64,000 nucleotides of DNA from Trichosphaerium sp. ATCC 40318. Lineage: Eukaryota; Protista; Tubulinea. The notes under the pieces were generated by a model. The model had not been told where the DNA came from, did no database searches, and saw only the letters and a program-made list of their open reading frames with translations. The stretch covers positions 124,001 through 188,000 of the forward strand of contig JALMLS010000175.1 of NCBI GenBank assembly GCA_038496445.1, in the 5' to 3' direction. A program made the translations under genes and the position numbers. This document shows, one piece after another, positions 52,790 to 64,000 of this stretch; within the stretch, counting starts at the first letter, position 1, and each line of letters opens with the position of its first letter.

Positions 52790-53875
52790 ATGGCGCAAGT
52801 CGATTCTCTAGTTGGTTGGCCGTTTCCACCTGAAGTAACGATTTATTGCTTGCAGGACGTAATGTTTCCTCAGCTGTTGTCCTGTGGCCCACCATCGCGT
52901 AGGAATAGCTATGTGCGTAATAGAAGGAAATTATGTAAACAATTAAGCAAATGTCGCCTTGTCAACTCTAATTGGCGTCGATACTGCAACAAGGTGTTTG
53001 GTAAGGCGTTACAAAGCAAAATAGAAAGGTTATATTTTAAAGGTCGTAGAGATGCTTTATTTACATGCTATGAGATAATACTACCTCTGGAAGAATACAT
53101 ACACTATTTAATGAGATGCATCATCCATACTAAAGGAAAATACGTTCCAAAGGCTTTTGACTATCTGGACAAACTTTTAGCTCGTGACGAACGTGCATGT
53201 CGCGTATTACAGGAGTTATATTCTTGCTTTATTTTATTCAATCGTACAAGCCACGCCGAGTTCTCAAAAAGGATAGAACACGTGATAGATTTGATGAAAC
53301 AGAACAAAAAAAACAAAAAAAAAATCGAGTATACTAAGAACAATGAATCTAGGTTTGTTACTTTTAAAAAACCGAGATTAAAAGATAAACAGAATACAAT
53401 GGTGCCAAAATCAACAGATACAAAGTTGAAGCTACCAATCTACAAATACCCACGGACCTCCTCGATAATACACAAGTGTCATGTGACGTTGATTTATGGA
53501 GATAAAAATACATTTTATGGTGCTGGCAATTGGCGGTTTATTACGTTTGATGATGGTCTAAAAGGCGTTAGCATGAGGGCAACTTGTAAATATACGACAA
53601 CTGATTACCCTTACGCGCTCAGAGGCCTTGACACTGGAGACTGTCTGTTGGATGTTGTCATTACAGAAACTGACTGTGGACCTATTGTTTTACGATCTGA
53701 AGGATGTTTGAAGCCGATTCATAGGTATAGGACGTATTCGAATAACACACCGTTTAAGATACTGTCTCCGCAGTCTAGAGTGTATTTTGATATGGATAAA
53801 GCCATTCTAGAGAGATCCGCGTTCGATGTTCACGTCATTTCTTCACTTGGAGCGTTTGCAGTTACGTGTGATTGA
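52790..53875 (+). CDS. Intronless protein with F-box-like N-terminus and unknown C-terminal domain
   Basis: 361-codon uninterrupted ORF from ATG 52790; PFPPEVTIYCL...LSKCRLVNSNWRRYC resembles an F-box with an insertion. Confidence 0.7.
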   Translation: MAQVDSLVGWPFPPEVTIYCLQDVMFPQLLSCGPPSRRNSYVRNRRKLCKQLSKCRLVNSNWRRYCNKVFGKALQSKIERLYFKGRRDALFTCYEIILPLEEYIHYLMRCIIHTKGKYVPKAFDYLDKLLARDERACRVLQELYSCFILFNRTSHAEFSKRIEHVIDLMKQNKKNKKKIEYTKNNESRFVTFKKPRLKDKQNTMVPKSTDTKLKLPIYKYPRTSSIIHKCHVTLIYGDKNTFYGAGNWRFITFDDGLKGVSMRATCKYTTTDYPYALRGLDTGDCLLDVVITETDCGPIVLRSEGCLKPIHRYRTYSNNTPFKILSPQSRVYFDMDKAILERSAFDVHVISSLGAFAVTCD

Positions 53876-54898
53876 ATTTTTTTTGTTTGTAATGCTGATG
53901 GCTGAGGAGTGCGTCCTGTTTTTATAAAAACAATGTAACCACTCACAAAACAATGTTAGTTCTTTTTACATTCTGCTACTATTCGCAGGGTTTGACGCTT
54001 TCGTTAAAGTTAGTTCATGCTGATATTTTGTGTAGAAATGACGTTTTCTTGACAAGTGGCAGTGCGCTCGTGTACTAACGTTAGCGCACCACGCTCACTG
54101 GTAGTCTACGAGACCGCTGCTAAAGAGAACGAAAAGTAAAAGCCATCACAAGTACAATGCTTTTTATCAATTTTTTGCTATTGCTTCGCGTACATAGTTT
54201 GTTTTCTAGTAGTGTCTACAAACGCTACAGATTGATTGTTTTTATTCAAAAACCCGTTTATTTTGTTTTTCTTACCAAACTGATAAACACTCGATATTAC
54301 GCACTGATACCCTCTGGCAAGTGTAAAGCGAACAGTTTTTTTTGTTTTATTTGGAAATAAGCAAAAAAGTTTTATCTATTTTTGTATGACAACTACAAAA
54401 ACGTTCCTTTGTGATACCTTTTTCTTTGACAATGATTACGCGCTTTCACTTCTCAAGTGGTAGTTTTTGGCCAACAAATGTGCTTTTCGTTTTTTCCGGA
54501 ATCCTTCACTTCTTGGTGGTTTTTATAATGGACTCGATTTAGCGTTCATTGAGCCTTGAGTAGCGTTAAGAACTGACAACTGTTTACATGCCTTTTTTTT
54601 TTTGAGAACAAACGATTTTTCCTGGGCTAGCGCAAAACCGTGTCACATAAAAATACGCACAAAAGAATGCTTATCACGCATAGTAATATGTCTCGGTTTT
54701 TACCATGTTGCATTGAAACAAATGTATCACGTGGCTGAAACTTCAAGAAGTTTGAAAAATACCAAAGATGTAGCATAGCCACATGATATGCATTCATCTT
54801 GTAAAAAAATTTCAGTCCAAAAACACCAATTGAAAATGTGTATTTTTTTTTAATAAACATACACAAGCCCAAAGAACACAGCTCCTCTTAAATAAACT

Positions 54899-55960
54899 AT
54901 GTCAACATGTCCTCGTAAAAAAGTTATCTTCACTGTGGAAGAAAATGAAGCATTTCTGTACCACGCAGAAGAGCAAGCTCTGGCAGAAGAACAAAAAGAA
55001 GGAAATACAGATGGTCGGGTAGAATGGATGATAAACGCAAGCCGCCAGGCGTTACTTCCCATAAAAAGGCCCTCTGGTTCATTACTAACGCATGAGCAAC
55101 AGTCCAATGCGTGCCTAGAAGCCTTGGAGTAAGTTATCGTGTAAAATACTGTTAACGTTTTTTGCTAATTTTTTCTTCAGACAAATTTTGAAGTTGTTAG
55201 CGATTATAGACCATTATCGCCGTACCAACCCAGGTTTATATGCCTGTTTTGTAGTCCAAAAAAAAGAGCTGGAACGCGAAGTAAGTAAAACAGAATTGCC
55301 CAAAAGTAGCCTCATTTTGTTGTAGATTCGAGATGTGTTTTCTGCGTTCACAGTATGCGAAGCAGCCGTCTTGTCAGAAAACTGCCCAGCCCTGTCTTTT
55401 ATTCAAGAGGAGGCTTCAAACCCGTCTCCAGAACTACTTGGGGTTAAAAAGACCAAGGGTAGAAGGAACCTTCAAAAGCCTGCAGAAATGCTGAGAGAGG
55501 TAAATGGAATACAATTTTGTCGTTTTGTTTTTTGTTTACGGTTTTTTTTTGGAGATTGTTACCTTTTTCACATTCGTTGATCCATCTGTTGCTAGAGTTT
55601 AAGAAGATCTGGCTTTCCAGTGGTTAATGGCGGTGGCGACGCAGCTGTGCGTACTGCACTGTCTCATCTCGTTAGAAAGCTGGAGCAGCGTAACTGTAAA
55701 GGTATTGCCTTTTTTGAAAGCGTACAACAGTGAACACGTGATTGTTTTGCGTCGCGATTCATTTTGCGGCCTCCCGATAAATGTAGCGCTTATTTAAATC
55801 CCAGACGTCTATATTTCCATCTTTTTGCTTTGATTGTATTAGTGTAAGTTGTAAAACCCACGTAACAGTAATTCAAAATAAAAGATTGAAACATTTTTGT
55901 CAAAAATTGTACCTGTCTGTTTCTAGACCTTCAAAAAACTTCGAGCTGTTGAAAAGCTTG
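54899..55960 (+). CDS. Hypothetical protein, multi-exon; 3' end uncertain
   Basis: MSTCPRKKVIFTVEENEAF...; GT-AG-bounded exons at about 55181, 55327 and 55596 continue the frame; no recognisable domain. Confidence 0.55.
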
Positions 55961-56089
55961 GTGGTCTTGATAGTAATATGATTGACCCCTTCGGAGATGA
56001 ATTTCTGTTTAAGTATGCTAGGTACATAGTTTTAATATTCTAGAGCCTGTTATCACGTGATTTTAGACTTACCAATAGAAACACCTTTA

Positions 56090-56500
56090 ACCAGAAGCAT
56101 TAATTAACCTACTTTGGTAGTTGTAGCCAATGTCTTTGGACTGTGTCCTTTAACTGTCCTACCGTAGCAGGAGTACTATTGCTACGGCTGAACTCTTTGG
56201 GAACTACAACAAATTATTTCTTTTAGGTTTAACCGGTAGAACAGGTACCAAATAAAACAAAACCTGGATTAATCTGGGATGCGTTAATGAGTGTCCCCAA
56301 ACGAGAGTGACTGACTTAATTCTAATAGGATACGGCTGAACGCGCGAAATAGAAGCTGACTGTGGCCCTATTGTGTTACAATCTGAAGTATGTTTGAAGC
56401 CAATCAGTCTAACAAAGTATGAATTTTTTACAACCAATCAGTTCTCATTCCGTGATTTAACACTGGAATGTTCTTCGCATTGATAGATGCAGCGTTTCAG
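56090..56500 (+). pseudogene. Decayed paralogous fragment of the C-terminal part of ORF 52790-53875
   Basis: 56351-56404 matches 53665-53718 at 48/54 nt (EADCGPIVLQSEVCLKPI vs ETDCGPIVLRSEGCLKPI); upstream GVLLLR..TTTNYF resembles GVSMR..TTTDYP; in-frame stops flank the match. Confidence 0.6.
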
Positions 56501-56605
56501 TGGTTTTGTAGTTTGACTTTGTGTACAACATCTAGCTGGTAGGAAAATCGTAGACCAACGTAGCAAGCCAGTCATATGGTGCAATGACACCCACTCTAGT
56601 TAAAA

Positions 56606-59600
56606 ATGGCCACAGAAAATCCGGTGAGGCTATTTGAGCAGGTATTATGGGTTGGGTTAGAGCATGAAATAAACACGGGAGATCTGAAGCCTGTGTTAAA
56701 ATTGGCTTTCCCAAGGGATGCAGGGTTTGAGCAAAGTGCTATACAGTTCTGTTTTCCAGATTTGAGCGCGATAGCGGATGCTTCAAGGCAGTAAGTGCGA
56801 TCAAGCTAGATCTTCGTACAAACGCGTAATTTACAACAAAAACAAATTACAGCGCGAAAAAACGCGAAAACATTTGTTTTTAAATTTCTTTGTACAAACT
56901 ACGAAATCTAACGACATATAGACAAGAACGCTTTACCTTTGCACTAACAAACGGCGACGGAAACGTACGTAACTTGTTCGATCAAAAAGGAAAATAACTG
57001 ATAATATGCCATATAGAGGGTATTTGGTTGCGTTATAAGAGTATTTAATGTAGCAAAAAGATACCCAGATTGTTTATGTGTTCTAAGTACAAAGTACGTT
57101 ACAACGCCTTACAAATAACCGTTTTCACACCGTTCAAACATTCTTTTATTTTAAAACCGGATTGCCAAACATATTATTTCTTTATCTCCTCGTTAATCTA
57201 ACCGCAATAGCCCTTGGTATGAAGTGTTGTGGGGAATAGGTGAGATTTTAGATGAACGTATGCAAGTAGCGGGAATAGAAGGTTGGACAACGTTTATGGA
57301 TGTAGCATACAATGTAAAAGTACCAAAGCGTGTACGATATTGTTTTATGCCATTTACCGTTTTTGATCAACAACTTACACCAAAGTGGCTTACGATTGTG
57401 ATGTGACGTTCTATTTTATTTATTGTATGCGTAGGGTAGCGATATTGATATAAGAGTACGCCGTGTTGATGCTCTACCAACATTATATACGCTACATCGT
57501 CCTGACATCGAGGATTTTCCGTTTGGAAAGGTAGGCACCTTAATTTTTTTTTTCCTTTTTTTCTTGCTTGTCACTAACGCTTGTTTTTGAAGATGTCTTT
57601 ACAAACGTTACTGGATAGTTTGCATAGTAACTCAAGAATAATGGAATTGTTCTCATCATTACTTTACGAAAATCGTATTATAATGCACAGTAATAGCCTA
57701 TCCAAGCTCTCTTCTTGTTGCTTAAGTGCTGTGTCAACGCTTTACCCTTTTTGTTGGCAGGTATGTTAATAATTGACTGTTTAACGTTAAATGTAATTAA
57801 AGCTAACCGTTTTTTTCTTTTAGCACATTTTTATTCCTGTCCTACCACAAGCGTTATTGAGCTACTGTTGCGCTCCTATGCCTTTTTTTGTAGGCGTTCA
57901 TTCTTCTTCCATTCCAGAGATTATGACACTACCACTTGAAGAGGTACCTGGTCAAACTATTCTTTGAAACTTATTTTTATTTGTGCCGTTTGTTTTTATT
58001 CTTACTATTTTTTTTGTTCGCTGGTAAATAACTATCATTGTATTAATTGTTACTAGGTTGTTTTTATAGATTTAGATCATGGGACTGTCTCTATTGATAA
58101 AGCAAATTATACACCTCTACCTGAAGAGCAGTGGATTATTCGTAAAGCAATAACAGATGCTAGACAAGCTGTGAAGCAAGGTCTTCCATACAAGGTTAGA
58201 TTATACTGGATGCGATTGTATGTTTAACATTGGTGTAGGAACGCAAGATTCGAAAGGCTTTTTCCCAGTTTTATCTTGCTCTTGTTGCCACTTATGTGAA
58301 CCATATTACCAAGAACGATAAAGGCAAAACTATCCTTGATAAAGAGGCATTAGTTGATGAGATTGTTGCTAAAAAATTGACTGATAAGGATCGCACACGT
58401 ACATATCAGGTAATTTTTTTTTAAAATGTGTTTTTATTGTTTACAGTATTTCTCTTTTGTTGTTCTTTTATTTTGGAGTAACCACTATTTTTTAATATAG
58501 ATCCTGCGTGTATTTACTGAATCTCAAATGTTTGAACAATTTGTTGCTCAGAGGCTTCAGTTTATAGATGAAAAGACGCCTATGAAAGAAACTTCATTTG
58601 ATCAGATGGCTGCAATTATTGCTAGAACACCAGGTGGTCTAGACTTACGTGATGAGCGTGAACAAGCTGCTGCTGGTAGTATGCGATTCGCTAAGATAAC
58701 TGGAAAGACAAAAAAGCTAACAAGCTCACTGCGTAAACAATTTGAAGTACGCGTTTTTGACATCTACCCTTTTTTGCCACCCTACTTACGTTTTTATTAT
58801 CTAGACTGTACAAAAAGGTGTCAAAACTCGTGCCAGAGCTTATTCTGAGTATAATAAAAGGAAAACAACCACAGATGAAGATTTTCCTATGCGTAAACCA
58901 GAGGCTACTGGCACTTCTGCTAAGTTAGCGTACGATTTTTTATCTTTTTGATTGTCAAAACCCAAATGTACGCCTTTCTCATCTAAGTTTTTCTTTTAGT
59001 CCGAAAAGCGATTTACGTATTATGACTCAAGTTGGTATGGAGGACGAAGATGTATCTGCTAGCTCTATGAGGGTTAAAACACGTAAAAGGAGCACAAATG
59101 AACTTCGTAAAACAGCTAGACCTTCGAGAAGATCAGAGGCGCCTTCCACTAACACAGCAACAACAGCAAGAAACACTCTTAATACAGGGGGTTCATCCTG
59201 GAGAGAATCAGCGTCATTGTCTGCAAACAATGGTACAGTATTTGTTTTTTGTTTACAAATAATAACCATCCCTAGGAATTCGTAGAGGAGATCCTAGAAC
59301 TCTTCGCAATGCAGTAAGCGCTAGGCCTACTGCAAAGCAAAACACGCCTAATCCAAATGCACGTCGTAATCGTCGTAGTATGGCAATCGTTGGTAGACCT
59401 TTATTAGATATGGACTCATTTAATGGCGTTGTACGCTCTATTTACATTACGTGTTGATGGTTGCTTACGCTTCTTAGTCTAGTGGACCGTCAGGTGTTAC
59501 TTCTGGTGCTCAACGAACGCGTGGTGCTGTGCAAATAACGCAGCAAGACATGGAACAAACTTTCTCCAATATGCTCATCGAGGATGGAGGTAAAAAATCC

Positions 59601-60483
59601 TATTGGCCTCTATCGACGCCTAAAGGTGAAGATATACATACAACGTCAAGTAATCCAGCGCCTTCGAAGCCTCAAGGCTCGTATATGAATGACTTGGCCT
59701 CTTTGACACTCAAGCCTTCCAAGCCTCCCCCATCAGCTGCTCAAAAGAGTTCTTATAGACATACTATGGCTTTGACTGCTGGTGATATACAAAAGGTTTT
59801 AGGTGCGTTTTTCTTCGAGTTTGTTTTTTGTAGATTACCATCGTTGACTGTCTCAAAAAAACCCCACAAGTCCAATATGATTTGTTACGCGCTCTTTTTG
59901 CTCATGTACTTTTTCAATAGGGACTCCAACTCGTCCAACCAAACCTGTTGTGCCTCCACCTAAACCGGCTTTCTCCCCTACAAATCCCTTTGCTAATCGC
60001 ACGTATACTTCTGCACAACAACGTCCTACCCGTAGGCCTCCTCCTGTAAATAACTCAAACAATCAAAACGAAACCCGAAAAGCTTACGAGGCAGCGAAAC
60101 AACGCGAGCGTGAGCGAAAATCCACATATAAGCCGCTGCCAGTACCAAAACGCTCAAGAAATAGAAGTTGGCGAAACACAGTTCAACTATCTCAACCGCC
60201 TCCAATGGTGCCTAATGCGCATGGAAATCAGCAAACGAATAGAACAACGAACGGTGGTAGCCATGCGTCTTTTACTAGAGCTCACAAGAACGTCCAACGC
60301 CAAACAGACGCAATTTTACATAATTATTACTCCAGTGGTATACCTGTATCCGGACAAGCTTCTCCAGCTGCTCCTCGTAGGAACCCACCCGCTTCTTCTT
60401 TTCAAACGGCGCCACCACGGACTTACCAACATGGTGCGAAAAGAGACTTTTTGAGTAACCGACAAGGAACGTCTTTCAAGTAG
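56606..60483 (+). CDS. DENN-domain Rab GEF (DENND1-like) with long Pro/Ser/Arg-rich tail
   Basis: RLFE; QFCFPD; FTFALTNGDG.R.FG; CLCVLS..PWYE; LFSSLLYENRII..SNSLSKLS.C.....LYPF.WQHIFIPVLP..LL.YCCAPMPFFVG; SQMFEQFV..R; NPF motif in the tail. Confidence 0.92.
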
Positions 60484-61035
60484 ACGTTTTTTTTTTTGGG
60501 TAAAAAGTTTTTTTCGGTTTTTTTTTCTGCTCGAAAGAGAAATAAGGGTTTTTGCTCTTTTTCCGTCGACGGTTTGTAATTGGTGTGTATTGTACAATGA
60601 ATGTAAAATAGATTGATTTCTCCATACTACTTGTTTGTAAACTTCGCGTAAAAGGGGATGAGTTCAACTTTCAAAATTTTTCATTTGGTTTGTTTCGAAA
60701 ACTTGAAAAAAACGGTTTCGTTTCAGAGTATTGTTGTACTTAAAATTTACTGAATACCTGAGGTATCATTTTGGTAATATTATAAAAGCCCAAAATTTAA
60801 CTCTAAACAAGACATATCTCGAGTTTTGGAAAGGGTTTGAACAATGTGTTATTGTCTCACACATTTGATCTGTTTTTTTCTTTCATAAGGGCATTTATTG
60901 GCACAAAGCCTGGGAACGCTTAGTATACAGCAATGTAAGAGTACAAATTTTATTTGTTAGTTGTAGGCCATGTTTATTACGGGTCCTTTTTGAGTCTGTT
61001 TTTACTGTTTTTTAATGTTTATTTGTAGCCTACCA

Positions 61036-62826
61036 ATGCGCTTTGAATTGTTACTCCTTGCGTTCTACGTATCGTATATATCAACACAAGGATGTGTGGA
61101 TATTTCTAGTATGAAAGAGCACGTCATAGGGTGGTGGAAATTAGACCGTGAGGGTAATGAACAGCCAAATATGATGAACGGAGTAAATGGAATAATTGGT
61201 GCGGGTACAGTTGTTGAGGAGGTAATTTCATAAAATCTTTCTACAGTAATTTCTTTCTAACCACGTGAAAACTCCTCTAGACGCACGTGAACGGAAGTCT
61301 AAGATTCGTAGATGCTTATATGAGTCTAGTTGCGGATGTTCTTAAACCACACACGCGTGCGTACACGCTCTTTTTTTTTTTGTTGCTTTTTTTAAACTAA
61401 AGCATGTTCAGGTGACTTTTCAATTGAGTTTTGGTTTAGAAGAGAAAGAAATGGCAGATTTGAGATGCTCGTAGATTTTAAGGATCAGCGCGGAACAGGG
61501 CTTGGTATTTTCCTTGACAACGGGGATTCCCTTATTGTGGAAGTTGGTGTTAGCACGTGTTTTTCAGAGTGTTTACTGCGTGTGATTTAATTGTTTGTTT
61601 CAAGACAACAGCTCAAGGCAGTTAACGACTAAACACGTCGTTTCAGATACCGCTGGATACCATCACATCGCTGTAGTAGTTGAAAGGTAAGTGATAGTTG
61701 TCTAGCATATATTGATGGAGTATTGTGAATAAAATAGAGTGTCTTTTGTTTAGGGACGCATACACAAAAGTTTATGTTGACGGAGATGTTGAAGAGCTGA
61801 CTCAACATTACGTTCCAAGATTTGATATGACGCCAGAGACAAGTGAATATGTCATTGGTGCAGAATTTAATGGTAACGTATACGAGAAATTTTTTTCGGG
61901 TGTTCTAGATGAGGTACTTCAAACCTTTTTTATGATATGTGTTACACGGATATCACGTGATTCTGTCGAACGTTACGTAGTCTTAACTTTTTTAGGTGAC
62001 ATACTACTTCACCGTTGTACCACCAGAAACAATACAAGCAATATATGATGCTGGTACGCTTACTTTCGCGGTGTTTAAACAAAGCCCTCGGTCACATTTT
62101 TATGACTTTATTTGGCTTAAAATGTGTTTAGGGACCGATGGTAAATGCAGTCTAGATGTTGATCCTGTAGTGATTACTGCACCTCCTGTACAAAACGTAA
62201 CGGCGACTCCAACTACAGAACCACCAACGAACGCGCCACTTGAATGTAACGGAGCACCTCCTGTGAATGCAGTTTGCAATGGAGAAACAGGTATTTGGGA
62301 AATAGAAGAACCTATTGCTCTCGAAGGCGGAAGTATAAACGTTTTCGTACCAATCGTTTATAAAGGAGACTTTACTGTTTCTGAAGGCGCCATAAGTACA
62401 ATATCTCTCTTCAATGGGGCATCGCTTACCTTTGAACAATGTCCAACAATCAACGAAACTTTGACTGTTTTTATTGATATTCTTAATGAAACACAAAGGA
62501 TAATATCACTTCCTGATGGCTGTGATATTGATGAAGGTGTATTGAACTTAGTAGCGAGGGATACATGCGCGCAAGTCGTTACAATGAAACAGTTCAATCA
62601 GGTCTTCGCTTCGATCGGTGGAAGCACTTGTACAGAGAATGGAAGCTCAAAAATGGAAGGAAAAACAATTGCTTGGATATCTTCTGTGACTATATTAGCT
62701 GTATTAATAACCATTGGTTTGGTAGTGTTCTTGGCTTATTGGAGCAGAATTGTTAGAAAGAAAATCAACCTCAAAGCCGTTGAGCAACAACTAGAGAACG
62801 ATTTAGGCGTAGATAGCGCCATGTAG
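61036..62826 (+). CDS. Type I membrane protein with LamG/pentraxin-like domain
   Basis: Signal peptide; GWWKLD; DFSIEFWF; YHHIAVV...VYVDG; IGA....FFSGVLDEV; P/T stalk; single C-terminal TM helix IAWISSVTILAVLITIGLVVFLAYW. Confidence 0.85.
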
Positions 62827-63331
62827 ATAATGATACAGAAAAAACTGAGTAATGTTAAATAGATAATCAACTTGTTTTTGTACTTCAAGTTCCGTGTTGC
62901 GCAACACAAATCTTATGTTGACTTTATCGGGTCGGTTCAATCCGCGCCCTTACACGAAGAGTTTGATTTCTAGAAGTGTAGTGATGTTAGTGCCCTTGTT
63001 TGGTGGGAAACTGAGCGGTTGGTACAAACGTCGCTTCAGTTGCCCTGAATTTATGCGAAAAGCAATAAACCAATTACGGCAAAAAAATGAATAAAAACCG
63101 AAATTTCCTTCTTTCCTAATTGCGTTCAGCACTCATAGATAACATAAATAAACACAATACATATATTATAGAGGCGTGAGCAGGGTTTTGTATCATATTT
63201 GTGGAGCACAACTAAAAACTGTGTCAAAACGTTCAATGAAACGAATGTCGTAAAAAATAGTCGAAACTCGGCAAAAAAAGTTGAGTTTTCTGACACAAAG
63301 TCCATTATTTTAAGAGCAGATACCATCAACG

Positions 63332-64000
63332 ATGGAGCTTTCTATAACAGAAAATGATCTGATATGGGCAGCAAACAAAGTGAACGTAACAAGAGAGATA
63401 GCGGCTAGTATTTTTGCTCTACTTGTTTCCTCAGCCCAAAACGCATCAAGAGCCGTACAAGACGCTCAAAGAGATATAGAAGATGATATTGATACGATTC
63501 AAGGGGCAATAGGGCAGTTTTTCAACTTAACGTAAGAGAACCGCCCATCTTTGATTGCCGCTTTAAGTAGTTTTATTCACTTTATTGTTTAGCTATGTTC
63601 TGTATATTGCTGGTTACTTTGTTGTTCTTGCTTCTCTTAGCGGCTTCCTACAGCTTATATCTGACAAAAAAAAGGGTCAACAAGCCATAATATCGTTCTG
63701 CTACTTCGCCCTTTTCATTCCGGTACTTTGCAGTCTTTTTTTTCTGTCGTTTTCTAAAAATAGGAGCTCTAATTGTTTTGTTTTTTTATTGATAAATCTC
63801 ATCGTGACGTTCTCTTTAGGTCGCATTCTCTATTGCTGAGCGTGGTGCTATTGTTATGTCTTCCGTTATGATACTAACGGCCGTCATTTTTCTGCTACCA
63901 CAAACGTTATGGACTGGTATGAAAGCTTGTGTTGAAGCGAAAATGTTTGAACAAACAAGCCAAGTATTTGTTATGATGGATGCAATAACTTTTGTCGTTG
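63332..64000 (+). CDS. Multi-pass membrane protein, DUF2157-like; truncated by the window end
   Basis: MELSITENDLIWAANK...EIAASIF...FNLT.VLYIAGYFVVLASLSGFL recalls the bacterial 'DL.WAA..G.I...QA..LW...FD..HV.YYFGA' membrane family (from memory). Confidence 0.55.

Noticed and set aside
53880-54890. Short ORFs (54157-54360, 54627-54872) in a 1-kb gap
   Set aside because: They are Phe/Leu/Lys-rich translations of poly-T/A tracts, typical of non-coding DNA.

Overview
Gene-dense, AT-rich (about 35% GC by eye) eukaryotic nuclear DNA with very many short spliceosomal introns (mostly about 40-120 nt, donors dominated by GTAC.., a few GC-AG). This fragments the ORF track. Gene content (class-C GPCR, LRR-filamin, Ras, kinesin-5, WCA protein) suggests a free-living protist, most plausibly an amoebozoan; this is inference. 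I spliced about 28 genes by hand: GH31 alpha-glucosidase, MCM8, TraB-domain protein, class-C GPCR, PA-like/7TM receptor, kinesin-5, Ras, GPI-anchored SMP-30/gluconolactonase, PARG, Kelch-BTB, WCA actin regulator, peptide deformylase, Clp/Skd3-type AAA+, ABHD18-like hydrolase, SprT-like protease, DENN protein, LamG membrane protein, three intronless F-box genes and several hypotheticals. I saw no rRNA, tRNA, CRISPR array or recognisable transposon. The most unusual observations are: (1) a Vps4-type MIT domain fused to a Skd3/CLPB-type AAA+ module; (2) a possibly myristoylated PUB-like domain fused to PARG; (3) a roughly 7-fold excess of the palindrome CACGTG, mostly in introns and intergenic DNA; (4) an Arp2/3-activator-type WCA tail on a protein with no WASP/SCAR N-terminus; (5) intronless F-box-LRR genes and an SprT-like protease that resemble giant-virus families. 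Exon boundaries and family assignments come from manual translation and motif recall, not from database searches.
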